In this document: positions 1-7,800 of the stretch, piece after piece
Position numbering within the stretch: position 1 is the first letter of the stretch
Layout of the letters: each line of letters opens with the position of its first letter
Source: an uncultured bacterium
Lineage (GTDB): Bacteria > Verrucomicrobiota > Kiritimatiellia > CAIKKV01 > CAITUY01
Direction: 5' to 3'
NCBI GenBank assembly: GCA_903934155.1
Contig: CAIZMS010000144.1
Span: 1-33,984 of the forward strand
DNA: 33,984 nt
Notes under the pieces: generated by a model
The model's input: only the letters and a program-made list of their open reading frames with translations
The model's database searches: none
Told to the model about the DNA's origin: nothing
Made by a program: the position numbers and the translations under genes

Positions 1-1
1 G

Positions 2-220
2 CTCGGCCTGGCGGCGCTCCCGCTCTCCTACCTCGTCCAGCCCGCCGACTGGCGGCAGACGCTGGGGCTGGGCGGCTATTGCCTCGACGTTCTCAACGGG
101 TTTGAGGGGGCGACGCATCCCGCGCGGGTCCAGCCGGCCTTCTGGGCGGTGATGGCCGCCTGCCTGCTGATCGGCGCTTTGTTGTGTGCCTGGCGGTGGC
201 GCGGGCCCAAACAACCATAG
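2..220 (+). CDS. 3' end of an upstream gene (partial; C-terminal ~72 aa with a hydrophobic, membrane-like tail)
   Basis: Frame 2 is open from the window edge to TAG at 218-220. It reads LGLAALPLSYLVQPADWRQTLGLGGYCLDVLNGFEGATHPARVQPAFWAVMAACLLIGALLCAWRWRGPKQP*. Third positions are GC-rich like the neighbouring genes, and there is a terminal hydrophobic helix (FWAVMAACLLIGALLCAW). It is absent from the ORF track because it has no start codon inside the window. Confidence 0.55.
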   Translation, partial: LGLAALPLSYLVQPADWRQTLGLGGYCLDVLNGFEGATHPARVQPAFWAVMAACLLIGALLCAWRWRGPKQP

Positions 221-329
221 GACAGGAGACGGGGATGAAGACGGGGATCAAGACGGGGATCAAGACGGGCGTGACTAAAACAACCATAGGACAGGAGACA
301 GGGATGAAGACGGGGATCAAGACGGGCGT
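209..329 (+). repeat. Tandem duplication of a gene junction (end of upstream gene + RBS + start codon + first codons), with internal 12-bp micro-repeats
   Basis: Copy 1 (209-272) is AAACAACCATAGGACAGGAGACGGG followed by GATGAAGACGGG, GATCAAGACGGG, GATCAAGACGGG and CGT. Copy 2 (278-329) is AAACAACCATAGGACAGGAGACAGG followed by GATGAAGACGGG, GATCAAGACGGG and CGT. The copies are offset by 69 bp and differ by one substitution plus one extra 12-bp GATCAAGACGGG unit in copy 1. Each copy carries TAG, an AGGAG box and an ATG (235 and 304). Confidence 0.9.
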
Positions 330-2799
330 CATCAGCATGATTGCATTGGCCGTGTTTTCCGGTCCGGGCCCGGTGCGGGCGGCGGGCGGGGAGGGTGCGG
401 CGGAACTGGCCTGGGATCCCGCGACCGGGGTCCAGGTCCGCACCCCGAAGGTGCTTGTACGCTGGGATCAAAACGACCAGCTGGCCGCGCCGGTACTGAA
501 GTTCGCCAAGGGCGAAACTCTGCCGCTGAAAAACCCGCATGTGACCCGGCTGGCGGCCCATCACTTGCGCCTGGCCTACGAGGTGGCGACACCGGATGGC
601 GTAGCGCTGAAGGTGACGCGTGAGTTGACGCTGAGCCGCCGCGCGGGTGAGAGCGAACTGGTGGAAGCCTTCGAGCTTTCCCCGGCCAAACCGATCACGA
701 TCGATTTGGAAATCCAGCGTCCCTTCACCATCGCAGACGTCAAGGCCAGCGCGGCCGCGTCGGCGGTCTGTCCGCTGTACAACGGGTGGGCCCGGCCCTC
801 TTCCCTTTCCGGGGCGCCCCTGGCGGTCGAGTACCGGATGGGAAATTTCGACTGCGGGTACAAGCCGGAAGCGGGCGGCTTTTGCTATGACGGCCCTGTC
901 ATACCCTGTAGCCATCCGGCAATGACGCCGCATGTGTCCCGGCTCTCGCTGCCGGTGGTGCAGCTCGATGGGGCGGGGGCCTGGCGCGCGGCGCTGATGA
1001 GCGATTGCCGTTTCAGTTCGCTGTTCAGCATGACCGCCACCAATAACGGGACGGTGCAGGGCGTGGTCCGCTACACCTACGCGGGCGTCAAGGTGCCATT
1101 GGCAGGGATCGAGCGGCGTCACTTCGGATTGTGGCTGGCGCCGCCCCCCGCGCCGGACGAGCCGTTCGGCAAGTCGCTGGATGCCTTTTACCGGCTGATG
1201 CTGCCCGAGGTGCCGCCGGGACCGAAGTGGATCCATGACGTGGCCATGACCTATTACGATTATTTTGAACGGGAAGGCAAAGGCTGGGAGGAGGACATCC
1301 ACGCGCTGGCGCAAATGATCAAGCCGGAGGAGCGGAGCAGGGTGGCGGTCTGCTTTCACGGCTGGTACGAGTCGATCGGCGGGTACAACTACGACGATGC
1401 CACAGGCAAGATGAAGAGCGAGTGGAAGGCAAAAGTCAAGAAACATCCGCTGACGCTGCAGGAGATGAAACGCCGGTTGCGTTTGGCCAAGGATCTCGGC
1501 TTTCGTGTCATACTGTATTTCGCCGATGGCCTGCATCAGGATCCCGGGGCGCCATTTCCGGAGTGCCAGCGTCCCGAGTGGCTGCTCAAGGGCGAAAATG
1601 GTCAACCCGTCGGTGGTTGGGTCGGGCCGGATTGCTGGGCACGCACCCTGGTGCGCAATCCGACGCATCCCGAGGTGGTCCGTTTTTATACTCGCTACAT
1701 GGCGGCCCTGTTGGAGAACTTCAAGGACGAGATCGACGGCTTGGTGTGGGACGAAACCCATCCGATCACGATGGGGATGATCCAGCGTGAGCCCGCCCCG
1801 GCATATTGCGACCGGGCCATGCTGGATTTGGTCGGCTCGTTGCGTCGTCAGGTGCATGCGGTCAGCCCGGAAAAGGTCTTCATGATCGCCGATGCGACGG
1901 GAATGATTGGCTCCATGTCCTACGCGATGGTGGCTGACGGCCAGTTTCAAGACACCGAATGCCGTCCGGACACTTGGTCCTACCAGTTCTTCCCGTGCTG
2001 GCGGAATGTGAATTGGAATTGCTGCTGGGGTTCCATGGGGGGGCTATTGCCCTGGATCCAGTGGAGCGCGGAGAGGCTGGGCGCGCCGGTGGCGATTTCC
2101 GCTTACTGGGGCGGGCCTTCGGTGTTTGACAAGAACCCCCAATACCGCGATGAGATTCTGAGGCTTTTCCGCCAGCATTCGGCGATGAAGCGGGTTCGCT
2201 ACTTCAGCGAGGATCCGGTCAAGATGCAGGCCGACTCCCCTCATCCGCCGGTGCTGCCGAGCGATCCAATCCCCACGCCGGCCGCCGGGGAGTTCAACTG
2301 GACCCGGGCCGGGGCGACGGCGACCGCCTCCTCCGCCTATGACAAGGACGGGGCCCAGTGCGGACCGATGGGGTTGATCGATGGCTTGTATGGCGTCACC
2401 AACTGGTTGAAGGGGCACGGTTGGGCGAGTCAGCAGGATCAAAAGTTGCCGCAGTGGGTCGAGATCAGTTTTCCCCAGCCGCGCACCCTTTCGCGCTTTC
2501 AGGTCTTCAACTATGCGCCCCCCGGCTTCAGCATTTATTACGGGGGGTATACCGTGAGCCAGTACGGCGTGCGTCAATATGACATTGAGGTCTGGGATGA
2601 ATCGGCCCGTGCATGGAAGCGGGTGGTGGAGGAGCGTCTGGGGCGCGTCATGTCAATACGGGTGCATCAATTGGCGCAACCGGTGACCACCAGCAAGTTC
2701 CGCCTGACGGTCCATGCCGCCGGGCCGGATGGGCTGGCGCGCCTCCTGCAAGTGGAAGCCTGGGGTCCGGCCTCGCCGGCTTCGCAGGCGGGGAGGTAG
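304..2799 (+). CDS. Secreted glycoside-hydrolase-like protein of unassigned family with a C-terminal F5/8 type C (discoidin/CBM32-like) domain
   Basis: Long ORF in the track (184-2799). ATG 304 follows AGGAG (293-297) by 6 nt and gives a signal-peptide-like N-terminus, MKTGIKTGVISMIALAVFSGPGPVRAAG. In-frame alternatives are ATG 235 (in the duplicated copy) and ATG 337. The central region (CFHGWYESIGGYNYDD, ILYFADGLHQD, GLVWDETH) resembles a TIM-barrel hydrolase but I cannot place the family. The C-terminal ~150 aa (ASSAYDKDGAQCGPMGLIDG...LPQWVEISFPQP...SKFRLTVHA...LLQVEAWG) fits the discoidin pattern. Confidence 0.8.
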   Translation: MKTGIKTGVISMIALAVFSGPGPVRAAGGEGAAELAWDPATGVQVRTPKVLVRWDQNDQLAAPVLKFAKGETLPLKNPHVTRLAAHHLRLAYEVATPDGVALKVTRELTLSRRAGESELVEAFELSPAKPITIDLEIQRPFTIADVKASAAASAVCPLYNGWARPSSLSGAPLAVEYRMGNFDCGYKPEAGGFCYDGPVIPCSHPAMTPHVSRLSLPVVQLDGAGAWRAALMSDCRFSSLFSMTATNNGTVQGVVRYTYAGVKVPLAGIERRHFGLWLAPPPAPDEPFGKSLDAFYRLMLPEVPPGPKWIHDVAMTYYDYFEREGKGWEEDIHALAQMIKPEERSRVAVCFHGWYESIGGYNYDDATGKMKSEWKAKVKKHPLTLQEMKRRLRLAKDLGFRVILYFADGLHQDPGAPFPECQRPEWLLKGENGQPVGGWVGPDCWARTLVRNPTHPEVVRFYTRYMAALLENFKDEIDGLVWDETHPITMGMIQREPAPAYCDRAMLDLVGSLRRQVHAVSPEKVFMIADATGMIGSMSYAMVADGQFQDTECRPDTWSYQFFPCWRNVNWNCCWGSMGGLLPWIQWSAERLGAPVAISAYWGGPSVFDKNPQYRDEILRLFRQHSAMKRVRYFSEDPVKMQADSPHPPVLPSDPIPTPAAGEFNWTRAGATATASSAYDKDGAQCGPMGLIDGLYGVTNWLKGHGWASQQDQKLPQWVEISFPQPRTLSRFQVFNYAPPGFSIYYGGYTVSQYGVRQYDIEVWDESARAWKRVVEERLGRVMSIRVHQLAQPVTTSKFRLTVHAAGPDGLARLLQVEAWGPASPASQAGR

Positions 2800-2801
2800 G
2801 C

Positions 2802-4727
2802 ATGAAACGTTTTATCAGGACAAGCATGGTGCTGGGTGTGTTGGTCGGTCTTGCGCTGCCGGGCCGCGGACAGGCGGCGGAGGCGGAGCGCAATGCCTGG
2901 ACCGTGGCCTCGCCGGATGGAGCCGTGGTGGCGCAGGTGAAGGCCTCGGCCGGATGGCAGCTGACGGTGCGCCGGGATACGCATGAAGTGCTTTTGCCTT
3001 CCCCGGTGGGGATTACCCTCAAGCAGGGCGGGGCCATGCCCGGCCCGCTTCAGGTGATCGGCACGAGAAGGACCGTGATTGATGAGACCTACGCGATGCC
3101 GGTGGGGAAACGCAGCCCGTGTCGCAACCATGCCAATGAGTTGACCCTGGATTTTGGCGAAGGCCGCAACGTCAGGTTCAGCCTGATCCTCCGGGCCTAC
3201 AACGAGGGGGTAGCCTACCGTTACCGCATTGAAGGCTCGGGCGAGGAGACGGTAATGGGTGAAGCCTCGGCTTTTCGCATCCCGGCGGATTCGAAGATTT
3301 GGTGTGGCAAGTATGTCAACCATTATCAGGCATTTTACGGCGGGGCCAAGAAGATTGGTGAGCTGACGTATCCCGTGCAGGTTCCGATGTTGTTCCAGTC
3401 GCCGACAGGGTGTTGGGGGTATATCACCGAGGCGGCGGTGGATGGCGCTTATGCCGGCGCCCGGTTGAAGGTTGATGCTGCGGCGGGGCTGGTGAGTCTG
3501 GAGTTGGAAGGGCAGCCCTCGGGGAAGTTGCCGTGGGCAACGCCGTGGCGGGTAATTTTCGCCGTCAGTGACTTGGCCCAGCTCGTCGAGTCCACGCTGG
3601 TGGCCAACCTCAATCCGCCCTGTGCGATTAGCGACACCCGCTGGATCAAGCCCGGCGTGGCCGTCTTTCCGTGGTTGCCCGGCTTGGCGGCAAGTGGGGA
3701 TTTTTGGAATTGCCCCGACTTAAACCGGGCCAGACAGTTCATCGATCTGGCGGCCGAATTGGGCTGGGGCTGGATCGAATTTGATAACGGAATCATCAAG
3801 GTCCGTCCCGGCCATGACGTGGAATGGACAGAGCAACTGGTGGCCTATGCCGCCAGCAAAAATGTGGCCGTCTATGGCTGGGACTGGGTCTCGGAGTTCT
3901 CCGACGCGGGGAAACGGGCCAAGTACCTCGATTGGCTGGTGGCCAAGGGGTACAAGGGGGTCAAGGTCGATTTTCTGGACAGCGATGCGCAGTCGATGTA
4001 CTGCATCCGCGAGGAGATAGCGCGGGACTGTGCTGCTCGCAAGTTGCTCGTGAGCTACCATGGCGACATTACCCCGCGGGGAATGCAGCGCACCTGGCCG
4101 AACATTGCCACCCACGAGGGGGTGTCCGGTGAAGAGGAGTGGGGGTGTGGGCGGCCCATTAGTCCGATTCATAACGTCAATCTCGTCTTTACGCGCAACG
4201 TGCCAGGCTCGATGGACTATACGCCCACCTGCATCGAGTGGGATGGCAAGGGCGTTCGGCAAAGCAGCAACGCCCACGAAATGGCCTTGCCGGTGGTCTT
4301 CGAGTCCGGCTGGACCTCGATGGGGCTCAGCCCCGAAAGCGCGAGGAGTCCCGCCGGCCAAAAGGTCACGGCGTTTCTCAAAAACCTGCCGACGGCCTGG
4401 GATGACACCCGGTTCCTGGGGGGTGCGCCGGATGAGTTCGTGGTCGTGGCCCGGCGCAAGGGAGCGGATTGGTGGATCGCGGGAATCAACGCAGGGACCG
4501 CGCGCACGGTGAGACTACGGCTGGATTTCCTGAAGGCACGGCGGTTCGGGGTGTTGCCGCGCCGTTATGCCGTGCAACTGTATCATGACGACCCCGCCAC
4601 CGTCGGCCAGCCGCCCGTGAAGACGCTGATCAGCGTGACGCCGCTGACGCTGGATCCCCGCCAGCCCCTGGAGGTGGCGCTGGCGGCGAACGGCGGGTTC
4701 GGCCTCGTGGTTCGCGATTCGAGGTAA
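2802..4727 (+). CDS. Glycoside hydrolase family 97-like enzyme (alpha-glucosidase/alpha-galactosidase type), secreted
   Basis: ATG 2802 is preceded by GGGAGG (2791-2796) and lies 2 nt after the previous stop. Signal peptide MKRFIRTSMVLGVLVGLALPGRGQAAEA. N-terminal SPDGAVVAQV...LLPSPVGITL and the catalytic-region string GYKGVKVDFLDSDAQ...LLVSYHGDITPRGMQRTWPNIATHEGVSGEE match my recollection of the GH97 (SusB-like) signature. No HMM search was run. Confidence 0.8.
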   Translation: MKRFIRTSMVLGVLVGLALPGRGQAAEAERNAWTVASPDGAVVAQVKASAGWQLTVRRDTHEVLLPSPVGITLKQGGAMPGPLQVIGTRRTVIDETYAMPVGKRSPCRNHANELTLDFGEGRNVRFSLILRAYNEGVAYRYRIEGSGEETVMGEASAFRIPADSKIWCGKYVNHYQAFYGGAKKIGELTYPVQVPMLFQSPTGCWGYITEAAVDGAYAGARLKVDAAAGLVSLELEGQPSGKLPWATPWRVIFAVSDLAQLVESTLVANLNPPCAISDTRWIKPGVAVFPWLPGLAASGDFWNCPDLNRARQFIDLAAELGWGWIEFDNGIIKVRPGHDVEWTEQLVAYAASKNVAVYGWDWVSEFSDAGKRAKYLDWLVAKGYKGVKVDFLDSDAQSMYCIREEIARDCAARKLLVSYHGDITPRGMQRTWPNIATHEGVSGEEEWGCGRPISPIHNVNLVFTRNVPGSMDYTPTCIEWDGKGVRQSSNAHEMALPVVFESGWTSMGLSPESARSPAGQKVTAFLKNLPTAWDDTRFLGGAPDEFVVVARRKGADWWIAGINAGTARTVRLRLDFLKARRFGVLPRRYAVQLYHDDPATVGQPPVKTLISVTPLTLDPRQPLEVALAANGGFGLVVRDSR

Positions 4728-4799
4728 GCCGGTAACCAGCTTCGCAATGGTGTCTTCCCGCCTTCGCGTCCATTCTTCACCGCCGCCCAACATCCCGCC

Positions 4800-4811
4800 T
4801 TGTTATAACAA
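4800..4811. promoter_or_regulatory. Perfect 12-bp palindrome TTGTTATAACAA (copy 1): candidate operator and/or extended -10 promoter (TGnTATAAC)
   Basis: An AT-rich perfect palindrome in the GC-rich intergenic region between the GH97-like gene and the giant gene, 76 nt upstream of ATG 4887. The identical 12-mer recurs at 14527-14538. It reads TG-T-TATAAC on either strand, close to the extended -10 consensus TGnTATAAT. Confidence 0.4.
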
Positions 4812-4886
4812 TCATCGTCGCGAGGGTTTTGGTGCTGCTGGGCGGTTGTGCAACACTGGAGGCACAAGTATGGCGAAAGGTGTGGA

Positions 4887-7800
4887 ATGAAGTCTACTCT
4901 CATGCTCCGGGATTGCACACAACAACGGAGATGCTCCAGTCCTGAATCCCGATCCGTGGCTTGGCGGGTTTCCGGTCTGGTGCGTCGCCGGAAGGGGTTT
5001 ATCGCATGGGGGATGGTCCTGTTGGCGTGGGCCTCCGTGGCCCAGGCGGGGACGCGTGTTCTGGTTTTGGGGAGGCCGGAAGCTTATCAGAGCGCCAGTG
5101 AGGCGGTGTTTCCCCCCTCGGCGGTCGCCTCGAACCTCTCCGCCATCCTGACAGGGGACAGCACGGTGCCCCAGCCTGTCGAGGTGCGGTGTGTGGATAC
5201 GGCCCATACCAACAGCCTGCTGGACGGGTTCAAGGACTATACCCTGATGAGCTGGTTCTACTGGCCCAATACCCGGACCAACACGCTCGCGTTGCTGCGC
5301 GACAAGTGGGATTACGTGGTGATGATGGATGATCCGTATGTCCTGTCGGCGTTCCCGGAATACTGCCTCGAAGGCGTGCTCGCGATCAGCCGGGAAGCGC
5401 GCAGCGCCGGGAGCCAGCCCATCCTGGTGATGCCCTGGTCAAGCACCAACACACCGCTGGCGACCTTTGGCGAGATGGCCTACCGGGTGGGCGACGGCGC
5501 CGGGATCCCCGTCGCGCCGGCCGGTTACGCATGGAACGCCGTGGGTGAGGCGCTGCGGGATGCGGGAACCCGGCCGACGCCCCGGGGGGCTTACGTGACG
5601 GCGGCAACTGTCTACAGCCGCCTGTTCGATCGTAACGCGACCAATTCGACGTTTGTGCCGGACGGGGCCAGTGTGGCGGACCGTGATGCGCTGGCGAATG
5701 CCGCGTTTGCCACGGTCCGGTCGGAGGCCACGAATTCCCACTATAGCGGGGTCTATCGTGCGCCAACGCATTTCGTCACGCCCGCCAACAAGAAACGGTA
5801 CATTGAAGTGGCGGATTTCAACTCCAGCACGGAATCGGGGATTGCGAACGAATGGGGGGCGGTGTTCAATTCGGCGGGCATCCAGTATTACCGCTATACG
5901 TCCGGCTATCAGAGCTTTCCCATCATCGGCCACGTCATCGATTTTTGCCAGTCACGGTTTTCCCAGCGGACCTTTGGCGCCGATTCCCATTATGGCTGGC
6001 TCGCCGACACCAATTATTGGTCCAACCATGCGGCCTTCGACTACATGGATGATAACGGGGGGAAGACCATGGTTTTTGGCATGGACCGGGTCATGTATCC
6101 GCACCCACGGCCCGAACAGGAAACCGGCGCGGCCTCCCTGCCTGCCGCCTATATGGACCAGGGTGGGTATTTCGTGCCCGTGCGCGTCCTGTGGGCCCGC
6201 ATCCGGACGGCCCATCCGGAGTTCTCCTGGCAACCGGATGGCCACCACATGGATGCGCGATTCAACCGGGGCATTGCGGTCATGATGTACACCCTGCTCA
6301 GCGGGCGGTGCCCGGTTGACGACGAGCCGGCCGACAAGAACTCCGACGCCTGGCAATATTGGTTCTGCAGCAAGACGGGGTACGAGATCGCGGCGCAACA
6401 CGGCACCCTCAATGGCCGTATCGCGGGCTTCAAGATCCGCCCGCGTTCGGCGACGGCGACGAGCGTGACCACGGTTTCCAACGAAACCCTCACGGTGCGG
6501 TTCCTCTATGCGCCCACGGCGACGGTGAGCGTGGCGGTTTCGCTCGACAATACCAACGCCGCCATCATGGATCCCGGGAGCCTGGTCTTCACGCCCGCGA
6601 ATTACGCGACGCCCCAGACCGTGTCGCTCCGGGCGACCCCGGGCGCGAGCACGAGCGAGGTGGTCACGCTCAATTTCGATACCCATTCGGCCGATTCTGT
6701 ATTCGATGGATTGAACGACCAATGGGCCTACACGGTCGTCAGGTCGAGCACCCAGGCGCTCTCGTCCGTCTTCCTGCCCGCGCTCAGCGTGACGCTTGCG
6801 GAAGACACCCCTGCGGCTGTCGCGCTCGGGGTGGCGGGCGCGGGGCCCGGCAACACCGTGGTGGTCGGGCCAACCCATGGCGCGTATTCCCTGACCAATT
6901 CCCTCTATACGCCTTCCACCAACTATTATGGTGCGGACAGTTTTGCCTGTTATGTCAACACGGGCGGGGTCCTGACGGTGCGTTCCGTGGCGCTGACGAT
7001 TACCAACAGTGCCGACGGGGTCGTGTTGACGGCTCCCACGAATGGCGCCGCCTATGCCGCCGTGGCGCAAATCCCGCTCAGGGTGGATGGATACTGGGAC
7101 GGGGGACGGGTCGATTATTACGCCGACGGAACCTTGCTTTTGAGCGCGAGCAATTCGCCCTGGTCCGGGACCTGGACGAATCCGGTCGCGGGCAGTTATG
7201 CGGTCAAGGCGGTTGCCTATGACCCCTCCGGCGTGGCCGTGACCTCGGCGGTGGCGAACCTGGCCGTGACGAACGGGGGCGGGGTCTGGTGGACGACGAA
7301 CTCCGGGTCGTGGGGCGAAGGATCCAACTGGCTGGCGAATGTTGTGCCGGGGAGCACCGACCGGGTCCAGTTTGCCGGGCTTCCGATTTCGGGCGTGGTC
7401 ACGGTGCGGCTGGATGGCGCGCGTTCGGCCAACCGGCTGGTGTTTGGCGGCACCCGTTACACTCAGCCGAACGTGCTGATGGGCTCCGATAGCATTGGGA
7501 CACCGGCGCTGGACCCGTCCGGTCCGCAGCCCGGAAGCTGGGTGGTTTCCGACGGGAGCGCCACCCAGAATGTCATGACCTTGACCGGCTCGGGCGCGAC
7601 CATCGAAGTGCGTGATCTGGGTGCTATGCCCAGTCCCGTTGCTCCTGGCCCCGGCGATTATCTGGTCAGGATGAATGCCTCCATCGAGACCTCCGGCAGT
7701 TTGACGAAGGAGGGACCCGGCGCCCTGCGTTTGGCGGGGACAAACCGGATCGACGGGGGGGTGGTCGTTAATTCAGCCCACAGCGGGGTGATGGTGGAGC

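Noticed and set aside
231-269. 12-bp GAT(G/C)AAGACGGG units as a CRISPR-like array or a frameshifting phase-variation tract.
   Set aside because: There are only 2-3 directly adjacent units with no spacers, so this is not a CRISPR array. The unit length is a multiple of 3, so copy-number change cannot shift the frame.
184-303. GTG 184 as the start of the first full gene, giving an 871-aa product that reads through the duplicated region.
   Set aside because: This start overlaps the end of the upstream gene and has no RBS. It would place about 50 non-signal residues before the signal peptide. ATG 304, with AGGAG at the proper spacing, is the better start. ATG 235 remains a possible alternative.
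76-1950. Long minus-strand ORFs throughout the window: 76-1950, 5952-7070, 8289-9893, 11262-12839, 13974-15044, 15304-17301, 23006-25066, 29767-31803 and 32016-33242.
   Set aside because: All lie antisense to plus-strand genes that have clear family motifs. Their translations are Arg/Pro/Gly/His-rich with no motifs, and several span two or more plus-strand genes and the gaps between them. These are typical shadow ORFs of GC-rich DNA.
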